Source: an uncultured Gammaproteobacteria bacterium (GTDB lineage Bacteria > Patescibacteriota > Microgenomatia > UBA8517). Taken from it: 64,000 nt of DNA. A program made the position numbers and the translations under genes. Each line of letters begins with the position of its first letter. Position 1 is the first letter of the stretch. The stretch covers positions 1,188 to 65,187 of the forward strand of contig CAZIPM010000004.1 of assembly GCA_964541395.1 (NCBI GenBank). The letters run 5' to 3'. Positions 56,987 through 64,000 of the stretch are shown piece by piece. The notes under the pieces are model-generated. The model had not been told where the DNA came from. It saw only the letters and a list, made by a program, of their open reading frames with translations, and searched no databases.

Positions 56987-57850
56987 ATGAATAATATAGG
57001 AATAATCGGCTGGGGATTTGTAGGGGAAGCAACTGGGACAGGCTTTTCAAAATCCAAACAAAATAAAATCTTCTGGTTTGATAAATACAAAGACAGTCCA
57101 AATTCGTTCGATGAAGTTGTTAAGAATTCAGAATTCATCTTCATCTGTCTGCCTACACCAATGTATCGTGATTATACTGGACAGGATATTAGTATTGTTA
57201 AAGAAGTGTTAGGCCAACTGGTACCTGTTGTATCAGGAACAAAGAAGATTGTAGTTGTTAAATCCACAGTACTTCCCGGGACAACTTCCAGTTTTGCCAA
57301 AAAATACCCCAAAGTTAATTTTGTCATGAACCCTGAATTTTTAACCCAGAAAAAGGCTAATGATGACTTTATGAATCCCGCAAGAACGGTAATCGGGACA
57401 AACAAAAAAATAGTAGGTGAAAGATTAGTGGCACTTTATAAAACAATTCTCCCTAAAAATCAGAAATATTTTCAGACGGATTTAACCTCGGCCGAGGTTA
57501 TAAAATACATGAGCAATCTGATGTTGGCAAGTAAAGTTCTTTTGGCAAATGAGTTCTATCTCCTTTCTGAAAAGGTAGGTGCCAATTATAAAGATGTCTA
57601 TAAAGCAGTAGAAGCTGATCCCAGAATAGGAAGCCACTTAGCAGTCCCCGGTTCTGACGGGGAGTTGGGTTTTGGCGGTTCCTGTTTTCCTAAAGACACA
57701 CTAGGACTATTATCTTTTGCTAAATCTAAAAAAATAGATATGAGTGCGTTGGAAGCAATCTGGAAAAAGAATTTAAAAATTAGGAAAAACCGTGATTGGG
57801 AGCACATGAACAATGCCTTTGGTAGGGGAGCATCAAATAATAATAAGTAG
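56987..57850 (+). CDS. nucleotide-sugar dehydrogenase (UDP-glucose 6-dehydrogenase family), C-terminally truncated
   Basis: GIIGWGFVGEATG Rossmann N-terminus and catalytic GFGGSCFPKD; 287 aa lacks the C-terminal domain. Confidence 0.6.
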   Translation: MNNIGIIGWGFVGEATGTGFSKSKQNKIFWFDKYKDSPNSFDEVVKNSEFIFICLPTPMYRDYTGQDISIVKEVLGQLVPVVSGTKKIVVVKSTVLPGTTSSFAKKYPKVNFVMNPEFLTQKKANDDFMNPARTVIGTNKKIVGERLVALYKTILPKNQKYFQTDLTSAEVIKYMSNLMLASKVLLANEFYLLSEKVGANYKDVYKAVEADPRIGSHLAVPGSDGELGFGGSCFPKDTLGLLSFAKSKKIDMSALEAIWKKNLKIRKNRDWEHMNNAFGRGASNNNK

Positions 57851-57856
57851 TAAATG

Positions 57857-58150
57857 TTAGATTTGACCTGCAGCTTTTCTTTGAAGTTCTTGGTATCTTA
57901 CTAGTTCCATTGGATTGTAGTTCCCCCCACTAATTTTCTGGCTAAATCGAACCATAGTTAATGCCTCATCCTTAGTAAGATTAGGATAAAATGCCGACCT
58001 TCCATCTTTTCCAGGATCTGCTTGTAACAATCCAATCTCTTCAGCAACTGTTAGTCTTCGTTCTACGATTCTTTCTCCCCCAAAACCTGCTTGATTAGGT
58101 ACATCATTCATATTACAGGGTATTTTACTTCTTCTTCTTCTTCTTGTCAA
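57857..58150 (-). CDS. hypothetical basic protein
   Basis: MTRRRRRSK N-terminus encoded by a (CTT)6 repeat. Confidence 0.3.
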   Translation of the reverse strand: MTRRRRRSKIPCNMNDVPNQAGFGGERIVERRLTVAEEIGLLQADPGKDGRSAFYPNLTKDEALTMVRFSQKISGGNYNPMELVRYQELQRKAAGQI

Positions 58151-58188
58151 CTTCCGAAAAACAATTCAATTGGTTATAATGCTTCTAT

Positions 58189-58632
58189 ATGAAGAAACTG
58201 CCCAACAACATAGCTTCACTGGTGATTATTCTGATAAGTATTTTAACTATGTTTTTATTTTCCAGAACGTTAGCATATTTAGTTTTGGTTGAAGAATCCT
58301 TGCCCAAATTTCTGTTTTTAGACTTAAATGGTTTTAGACTTCATCATTTTGTCTATGGCAATATCCTAATAACAATTACCAGTTTTTTGGCAATTGGCTT
58401 GGGGATTCAAAAGCACAAAAAACTTTTTGCATTGTTTTATGGAATTGGGTTAGGGATGGTTTTGGATGAGTTTCTGCTTTGGGTAGGGGACATTAATCAG
58501 CTGCAAAATGATGTTTTGTGGATTCCTTATTCTATAACCGCAGTAGCCATTGTGACATTTTTAATAGCTTCAATTATTATGTTTAGATTATACAAACTTC
58601 ATAAAATAAAAGTGTTCGGTAGGAAGAGATAA
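58189..58632 (+). CDS. membrane protein, hypothetical
   Basis: Four predicted TM helices. Confidence 0.4.
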   Translation: MKKLPNNIASLVIILISILTMFLFSRTLAYLVLVEESLPKFLFLDLNGFRLHHFVYGNILITITSFLAIGLGIQKHKKLFALFYGIGLGMVLDEFLLWVGDINQLQNDVLWIPYSITAVAIVTFLIASIIMFRLYKLHKIKVFGRKR

Positions 58633-58664
58633 AAAATCTTAAATTTGATATAATCCAGAAACTG

Positions 58665-58737
58665 GGCCCGGTAACTCAGTGGTCAGAGTGCCGTCCTTAT
58701 AAGACGGAAGTCGATGGTTCGAGCCCATCCCGGGCCA
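58665..58737 (+). tRNA. tRNA-Ile (anticodon UAU)
   Basis: Cloverleaf folded by hand: GGCCCGG acceptor, perfect anticodon stem CCGTC/GACGG with loop CTTATAA (TAT), T-loop TTCGAGC. Confidence 0.8.
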
Positions 58738-58741
58738 CATT

Positions 58742-59473
58742 ATGCTATTAAAAATTACATCAAAGACTTCTCTTCAAGAAATAGTCACCTATATACAAAA
58801 CATTCGTGAAGAAAAAGGGAAGGAAAAAGAAGTACTTAAAACAATAAATGAGTCACTAAGATTTGGTCACGATTTTATAATCAACCTTTTCTGGGAAGAA
58901 GCACTGACATACCAGCATATTTATATGTCTGACTCATCAAACACTTCTGCTTTATCTCAAATGGAGAACACAGTAATAAAAGCCAAGTTTTATATAGAAA
59001 AATATAAATTAATAAAGTGGAACAGCAGGCTTTATAGATTTTTAGGTAGGATTTGTGACTACAAAAAACAATTTAACAAGGCAGTTTTTTATTATAAAAA
59101 GGCAGTAAGACTTGTTAAGTCAGACTATGAGCCTTGGAGAATACTCGAGCTGGAAGGATTTTTGTCACACAGTCTAATTATGTCAGGAAAACACACTCAA
59201 GGGATGAAAATTTTTAAATCGGTCCATAATAAATTTTTAGATTCAAAAATAGGAAAATTTTTATATAAAGTAGACCACAACACATGGGCAATTTGGTTAA
59301 GTGGCATAGTTATAAGAACAATAAATGCAGTAATAGACAAAAAACTCAAGCTTAATTCAGAAGAAACTAAAGCCTGGATAAGTTTGGTTGAAGAAGAAAT
59401 TAGCCAAAAGAATAAATTTGAATATAGAAGAGAAGAGCTGGAAAGACTTAAATCTAGATTAATGCTGAATTAA
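58742..59473 (+). CDS. hypothetical protein
   Basis: 243 aa; starts 5 nt after the tRNA. Confidence 0.4.
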   Translation: MLLKITSKTSLQEIVTYIQNIREEKGKEKEVLKTINESLRFGHDFIINLFWEEALTYQHIYMSDSSNTSALSQMENTVIKAKFYIEKYKLIKWNSRLYRFLGRICDYKKQFNKAVFYYKKAVRLVKSDYEPWRILELEGFLSHSLIMSGKHTQGMKIFKSVHNKFLDSKIGKFLYKVDHNTWAIWLSGIVIRTINAVIDKKLKLNSEETKAWISLVEEEISQKNKFEYRREELERLKSRLMLN

Positions 59474-59474
59474 A

Positions 59475-59702
59475 ATGGATAATCAAAATTGGATACAGCT
59501 GAGTAAATCAGAAAAACTAAAGGAGCTAAAAGTAAAAAGAGATGAATATAGAATCAGGATAAATGAATTGTATAAAAACTTCAGAGGAGTAAAGCATGAG
59601 AATTCATTATCTGAACTTCGTTACTCTGAGATAAAAGTAAAAGAAGATATGCTGGGATCAGTTCTCAGAGAAATTAAAACTTTGGAAGAAAGTACCGAAT
59701 AA
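59475..59702 (+). CDS. hypothetical coiled-coil protein
   Basis: 75 aa, charged. Confidence 0.3.
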   Translation: MDNQNWIQLSKSEKLKELKVKRDEYRIRINELYKNFRGVKHENSLSELRYSEIKVKEDMLGSVLREIKTLEESTE

Positions 59703-59706
59703 CTCT

Positions 59707-60570
59707 TTATAATTCAGTCAGCAATTGTTTTTTACCAGGTTCTTTTACTCCTGCAAGTTCCAAATATCTTTCTGTAGTAGAAAGTCTTTTGTGGCCTGAA
59801 ACCTGAGAAATAAGTACCAAATCTACCTCATTTTTAATATTTTCAACAATAAAAGTAGTTCGAAGATCATTGACCGAGTATTTTGGAAGTTCAGCTTTTT
59901 GAATAAATCTGTCAACAGCTGCCCTTATATTTCTGACTGCAAGCGGTTTTCCGGTTTTACTAACAAAAACATAGGGCGAATCTACTTTTGGCCTCTGCGG
60001 AATATACGTTTCGAGTGCAGCCTTGGCAAACTTATTAAGGGGAATTGATCTTGCCGGTTGTGTGGCATAGCTGTCAATTTTTAATACGTCTCCATCCATA
60101 TCCGAAATTTTAAGAGAAGCCACCTCGGATATACGAAGACCTGTTTGTAATATCAACTCGATAATTGCCGAGATTCTATTATCTCCTCTAACTGCATCTC
60201 TTAGAGCTCTGTATTCCAAAGGTGTCAAAAATTTTGGTTGGCTTGATTCTATTTTGGGGTGGGTGACTGCCTTAGAAGGGTCAGAAGTGGAATTGCCACT
60301 TTGGACTAAATATCTAAAGAAAGTCTTGACTGCATTCAGCTTTCTGGATACAGACTTTGGGGTATATTTTTGAGACAACAGAGCATCCCTGAATGTGTCA
60401 AGATGGGTCGAAGTTATCTGATCAGCCGTAGCTATATTATTTTTGGTTAGAAACTCCACTAACTGGTCTAAATCTGATTTATATGCCAAAATTGTGGCTG
60501 GAGAGCGATGTTTTTCTTCTAAACTGGAGATAAACTTCGGTACCAGGCTTTTAATTGTGTCTTGTGTCAT
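59707..60570 (-). CDS. tyrosine recombinase (XerC/XerD-like)
   Basis: N-terminal core-binding domain; C-terminal R...GHKRLSTTERY catalytic pattern. Confidence 0.85.
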   Translation of the reverse strand: MTQDTIKSLVPKFISSLEEKHRSPATILAYKSDLDQLVEFLTKNNIATADQITSTHLDTFRDALLSQKYTPKSVSRKLNAVKTFFRYLVQSGNSTSDPSKAVTHPKIESSQPKFLTPLEYRALRDAVRGDNRISAIIELILQTGLRISEVASLKISDMDGDVLKIDSYATQPARSIPLNKFAKAALETYIPQRPKVDSPYVFVSKTGKPLAVRNIRAAVDRFIQKAELPKYSVNDLRTTFIVENIKNEVDLVLISQVSGHKRLSTTERYLELAGVKEPGKKQLLTEL

Positions 60571-60673
60571 AATATATTCTTATATTGCAGCAGGTTGTAA
60601 GTATTATACAGTGAATAGAAAAATAGTCAACATTATAGGTTCGAAGCAAAATAGGGTTAGATTAAGTTCAAAA

Positions 60674-61093
60674 ATGTCTGTAAATAATATCAAAAATTAT
60701 GCTTTTTCCAAAAGAGAAGGTGAGACTAAACCAAGTTTCTCAGCCTCTCTCCAAAAAGCTGCAGCAGTTATTTTCTTGCTAATCCTTCTTGGATCATTAC
60801 TTAAAAGTATGCAACGTGCAAAAAACGCTGAAAGTTTAATAGAAAAGTCACAGGCAAAGCTTGATAAAACAAAACAGGAAGAAAAAGAACTTCAATCAAA
60901 GTTGGAAATGACTCAAAGTGAGGCTTTTATTGAAGAACAACTTAGGGATAAATTGGGATTGGCCAAAGAAGGAGAAATTATACTTGTTTTACCTGATGAT
61001 GAAACATTAAGAAAATTAGCTCCAATTATGCCTAAAGAAGAAAAAGTTAAACCTAAGCCAAATTACATAAAATGGCTAGAGTTGTTTATATAG
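60674..61093 (+). CDS. FtsB/DivIC-like septum-formation initiator
   Basis: TM, coiled coil, EEQLRDKLGLAKEGEIIL C-terminal motif; trimmed to internal ATG at 60674. Confidence 0.55.
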   Translation: MSVNNIKNYAFSKREGETKPSFSASLQKAAAVIFLLILLGSLLKSMQRAKNAESLIEKSQAKLDKTKQEEKELQSKLEMTQSEAFIEEQLRDKLGLAKEGEIILVLPDDETLRKLAPIMPKEEKVKPKPNYIKWLELFI

Positions 61094-61131
61094 CAAGAAA
61101 GACTTAGATTCATTTATATACATCATGCTTG

Positions 61132-61205
61132 TGCCAGCGAGAGGGATTGAACCTCTGACCTCAGCGTTATGATTGCCGCGCTCTAACCAACTGAGCTACG
61201 CTGGC
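61132..61205 (-). tRNA. tRNA-Met (anticodon CAU), elongator-type
   Basis: Acceptor GCCAGCG/CGCTGGC, D-arm GCTC-AGTTGGTTA-GAGC, loop ATCATAA, T-arm AGAGG-TTCAATC-CCTCT; G1:C72 paired. Confidence 0.8.
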
Positions 61206-61674
61206 CTATTTCAGATAATGCGTTTATCTGAGCCATGATTTTATAACAAAGTTCACCAGGTTTCAAAACTTTAATTCTAAGAGTGCCATAATGTTCATTG
61301 AAATTTTCGTATACTTTATGTAATTTCACCTTTTTAAAACTAGTTTTTCTAAACTGTGAGAGTGGAATATTTATTAAGTTTGACCAATACAATTTAACTA
61401 TATCCTCTCTTTTTTTATGTATTTCATTAATTCCTAATGTCGCTGATAAGCGATTTTTATTAATTCCATAGCAATTATTTAACCAATGAATTAAAAAATT
61501 AATTAACTTAGGATCAGAATTACAAATACTAACTTCTCTTCTTGTCTTTGATCCTTCTCCCCAATATAGACAAAGCCCTGATAGCAATAACTCCCTGTTT
61601 TTTAAGGATTTTAGGTCTGATAAGGCGAGTCGCTTATATGTTTCTTCAAGTCTAATTCTTCGTTGCTTTTGCAT
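61183..61674 (-). CDS. LAGLIDADG-type homing-endonuclease-like protein (single-motif, I-CreI-sized)
   Basis: KNRELLLSGLCLYWGEGS aligns to I-CreI NKEFLLYLAGFVDGDGS; last 7 codons run into the tRNA-Met gene. Confidence 0.5.
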   Translation of the reverse strand: MQKQRRIRLEETYKRLALSDLKSLKNRELLLSGLCLYWGEGSKTRREVSICNSDPKLINFLIHWLNNCYGINKNRLSATLGINEIHKKREDIVKLYWSNLINIPLSQFRKTSFKKVKLHKVYENFNEHYGTLRIKVLKPGELCYKIMAQINALSEIGQRSSVG

Positions 61675-61879
61675 TAAAGCGCCTTTTTAGTCTGCCCAAT
61701 TCTGTTCCAACTATCCAATTTCTTCGAATCTTTTCTAATTGTTCAACTGTTAATATAATGTCTCTTACCCATAAACTTACAGTGCTTTTTGCCACACCAA
61801 GCTCTGTAGCTATGGTTTTTACACTAACTCCCTTTCTTCTTAACTCTCTAGCCTTAATTTTTTGTTGAGTTTTAGCCAT
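61652..61879 (-). CDS. helix-turn-helix DNA-binding protein, possibly the frameshifted N-terminus of the endonuclease
   Basis: KARELRRKGVSVKTIATELGVAKSTVSLWVRD HTH; overlaps the next ORF by 23 nt in another frame. Confidence 0.45.
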   Translation of the reverse strand: MAKTQQKIKARELRRKGVSVKTIATELGVAKSTVSLWVRDIILTVEQLEKIRRNWIVGTELGRLKRRFNAKATKN

Positions 61880-61927
61880 ACCAGCGGTATGTATATAATC
61901 CTTTAATTATCCAGTGGTTCGAACTTG

Positions 61928-61956
61928 TTGTCAAATAGGTATTACTAAGATATAAT
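61928..61956 (+). promoter_or_regulatory. candidate promoter TTGTCA-17-TATAAT for the intron-containing tRNA
   Basis: Consensus -10 TATAAT at 61951-61956, ~25 nt before tRNA position 1. Confidence 0.45.
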
Positions 61957-61980
61957 CACACTTGTTCTTTACATATTACA

Positions 61981-62264
61981 TGCGGGGTAGTGTACGGCTG
62001 CACGCAAGGCTTAACAAAATGGGCCACTCTGATTTTCATTAATCAGGTGAAACTTAGCTGTATCGGGGAACTCCTTATTAAAAAGGACAATCCCGAGGCA
62101 ATCCTTTAGAGTTATTATGAATAACTTGCAGGGCGAGTCCGTAGAGACTAAACGCTAAGGCATGGTTTTATTAAACCTAGCAAGATATAGTCCGGCACTC
62201 CTAGTAATTGGAGATTACAGAAATGCATAATCTTGCAGGCTGGGTTCAACTCCCAGCCCCGCAA
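61981..62264 (+). tRNA. tRNA (anticodon CAU after splicing) interrupted by a group I intron
   Basis: Exons 61981-62011 and 62226-62264 fold as a tRNA; U1:A72. Confidence 0.75.
62012..62225 (+). ncRNA. group I self-splicing intron (214 nt, ORF-less)
   Basis: P1 GGCU|...GGCC with U.G at splice site; P10 AUG:CAU; P2 CUGAUU/AAUCAG; R AGUCCGUAGAGACUAAACG (62136-62154); S AAGAUAUAGUCC (62182-62193); terminal omega-G at 62225. Confidence 0.8.
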
Positions 62265-62272
62265 CACAAAGT

Positions 62273-62300
62273 AAAATCCGCCAGAAATGGCGGATTTTTA
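62273..62300 (+). terminator. intrinsic terminator after the tRNA 3' exon
   Basis: AAAATCCGCC-AGAAAT-GGCGGATTTTTAT. Confidence 0.7.
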
Positions 62301-62327
62301 TGTTTTAAGTTAAACTATTAAATAATC

Positions 62328-63311
62328 ATGAAAAAAAGAGTTTTATCAGGAATAAGGGCAACAGGAAGGCTTCATTTAGGAAACTATTTGGGAGCAGTGA
62401 AAGGTATGCTTGAATTGTCCAACAACCCTGAATACGAAACATTGTATATGGTTGCGGATTTGCACACTTTAACTACTCCTTACAATCCTAAGCAATTAAA
62501 GGAAAACACAAGGAATATAGTTTTAGATTATTTATCGGCAGGCCTGGATCCTGAAAAATCCACAATTTTTATTCAGTCTCAGGTTTCAGAACATACCGAA
62601 CTTTTTTATTTACTTTCAACAGTAGTTAGTTTGGCAAGAATGATGCACCTACCTACATATAAAGATAAATTAAGACAATATCCCCAGGACTCGACAATAG
62701 CACTTCTTAATTATCCGGTTCTCATGGCTTCGGACATTTTGATTTATAAAGCTAGCCTTGTTCCTGTAGGAATTGATCAGGAACCGCACTTGGAAGTTGC
62801 TAGGGAGATTGCCAGGAAAATGAATGAAATATACGGTACCAAATTCCCTGAACCTATTCGTTTTGCTACCAGAGGGGAATATGTACCTTCTCTAACAGGC
62901 GAGGGTAAAATGAGTAAGTCTGTTGAAGGAAGTTTTATCCCCCTAACGGATTCATTGGAAGAGATAAAGAAAAAATTAGCAAGTGCACCAACCGATTCAG
63001 GTAAAGGCGATACAGTCCCAAAAACAGGAGGAGTAGCCAATTTATTTAAATTTGTAGAACTTTTTCAGGGTACTGAAAAGCGTAAAGAATTGGAGAAAGT
63101 TTATGTTAATGAAGGAGTAAGATACTCAGATATAAAATTGGAGTTGGCAAAGTCAATATTTAAAGAATTACAACCAATCCAAGAAAAAAGGAAAGAATTG
63201 GAACACAAAACTAGTTATGTGGATGAAGTAATTTCCCAAGGAGCGGAAAAGGCAAGAAAAATTGCAAAAGATACAGTAGCTGAAGTCAAAGAAAAAATGG
63301 GGTTAATTTAA
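62328..63311 (+). CDS. trpS: tryptophanyl-tRNA synthetase
   Basis: TGRLHLGNY HIGH-type motif and KMSKS. Confidence 0.95.
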   Translation: MKKRVLSGIRATGRLHLGNYLGAVKGMLELSNNPEYETLYMVADLHTLTTPYNPKQLKENTRNIVLDYLSAGLDPEKSTIFIQSQVSEHTELFYLLSTVVSLARMMHLPTYKDKLRQYPQDSTIALLNYPVLMASDILIYKASLVPVGIDQEPHLEVAREIARKMNEIYGTKFPEPIRFATRGEYVPSLTGEGKMSKSVEGSFIPLTDSLEEIKKKLASAPTDSGKGDTVPKTGGVANLFKFVELFQGTEKRKELEKVYVNEGVRYSDIKLELAKSIFKELQPIQEKRKELEHKTSYVDEVISQGAEKARKIAKDTVAEVKEKMGLI

Positions 63312-63322
63312 AAATTATAAAT

Positions 63323-63673
63323 ATGGATCAAATTTCAATTGATGATTTTCAGAAAGTAGATATTAGAATCGGAACTGTTTTAGAAGCTACTGTTCCTGAG
63401 TGGAGCCATTGGGTCATTAAGATTAAAGCTGATCTGGGAGAAGAGTTTGGAACCAAAACCGCTTTCTCAGGAATAATGAAATTCTTCAAACCCGAAGATC
63501 TTATCGGTAAACAATTCCCCTTTGTAGTAAACCTCACTCCTAAAACAATAGGACCAGACAAAGAATTATCAGAAGTAATGATGATTATGGCCATTCCTAA
63601 AGATGATGAAGAAACAGCTCCTATTCTTTTCAATCTCCCTGAAAAAGTTGCAAATGGAACTAAAGTTCGATAA
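63323..63673 (+). CDS. tRNA-binding domain protein (CsaA/Trbp111-like)
   Basis: VDIRIGTVLEA...WVIKIKADLGEE OB-fold tRNA-binding pattern; next to trpS. Confidence 0.75.
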   Translation: MDQISIDDFQKVDIRIGTVLEATVPEWSHWVIKIKADLGEEFGTKTAFSGIMKFFKPEDLIGKQFPFVVNLTPKTIGPDKELSEVMMIMAIPKDDEETAPILFNLPEKVANGTKVR

Positions 63674-63778
63674 TTCTATGCTTAAAATTTATGTTATACT
63701 CTTCTTCGTATGAAGCCATTTGCTAATAACAATTCCTCAAAAGATAAAGGTCTTAAAAAGAAACAAGTAACTGTAAAG

Positions 63779-64000
63779 ATGAAAGTTAATGTTTGGAGTG
63801 TTGTCTTTGCCATACTCGCTTTAGTATTTTTACTCCCGGGTATTATTGCCTTTTTTGGCATTTCCTCAACAGGGAACAAGCTTGATCTTTCAACTGCAAT
63901 TAATGATATAAAAGAAGATAAAGTTGATAAAGTAAATGTCGAAACCGACAAAATAGTCTTAAACTATAAAAATGGGGAGATAAAGTACACCTTCAAGGAA
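63779..64000 (+). CDS. membrane protein, N-terminal fragment (runs off window end)
   Basis: MKVNVWSVVFAILALVFLLPGIIAFFG TM start; preferred over the overlapping minus-strand ORF. Confidence 0.3.
   Translation, partial: MKVNVWSVVFAILALVFLLPGIIAFFGISSTGNKLDLSTAINDIKEDKVDKVNVETDKIVLNYKNGEIKYTFKE

Noticed and set aside
60443-60673. Long 5' extension of the FtsB-like ORF overlapping the recombinase gene.
   Set aside because: The extension has no TM or coiled-coil character and overlaps the strongly supported recombinase. It is trimmed to the ATG at 60674, where the FtsB-like TM begins.
62182-62200. RNase P RNA: AUAGUCCGGCACUCC resembles the AAAGUCCGGGCUCC core.
   Set aside because: The locus is too short. 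It ends in a T-arm and acceptor stem, and the motif is the group I S element AAGAUAUAGUCC instead.
61981-62264. tmRNA (ssrA): the 3' end GGGTTCAACTCCC plus a paired acceptor looks like the tRNA-like domain of tmRNA.
   Set aside because: No 5' GGGG...TTCGAC D-analog and no plausible tag ORF with resume codon. The internal sequence has group I R/S elements and P1/P10 pairings that reconstruct a normal tRNA from the two ends.
1-64000. CRISPR arrays, rRNA genes, IS elements.
   Set aside because: No regularly spaced direct repeats of 25-40 bp, no rRNA-like conserved blocks, and no transposase-like ORF beyond the single tyrosine recombinase were seen on reading both strands.

Overview
AT-rich (~35-38% GC by eye), gene-dense bacterial window with the flavour of a reduced-genome Patescibacteria/CPR-like organism: compact proteins, archaeal-type TIM, class I aldolase, an intein-bearing RNR and heavy use of AUA codons. 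Housekeeping content: a central-carbon cluster (tpiA, rpiB, pgk, gap, split transketolase, class I fba, PfkB kinase), two tandem class A PBPs, NrdR plus an intein-containing class II (B12) RNR next to a PduO-type adenosyltransferase, and trpS plus a tRNA-binding protein. Accessory-type content: three type II TA pairs (VapBC x2, Phd-Doc), a beta-helix/dockerin secreted protein, a TraD/VirD4-like ATPase module, a tyrosine recombinase, and many small membrane or hypothetical ORFs. Most notable RNA/mobile locus (58.6-62.3 kb): a tRNA-Ile(UAU); an elongator tRNA(CAU) on the minus strand; an HTH plus LAGLIDADG-like homing-endonuclease ORF pair; and a second tRNA(CAU) gene split by a 214-nt group I intron with recognisable P1/P10, P2, R and S elements, followed by a clean intrinsic terminator. 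Best protein-level candidate for an undescribed system: a translationally coupled pair at 33.6-35.7 kb (degenerate-ATPase/REC-like N-terminus plus OmpR-type winged helix, then a P-loop dNK-like kinase with a novel N-domain), with an orphan Pol-beta-type nucleotidyltransferase convergent downstream. All calls are from reading the sequence and translations; no database searches were run.
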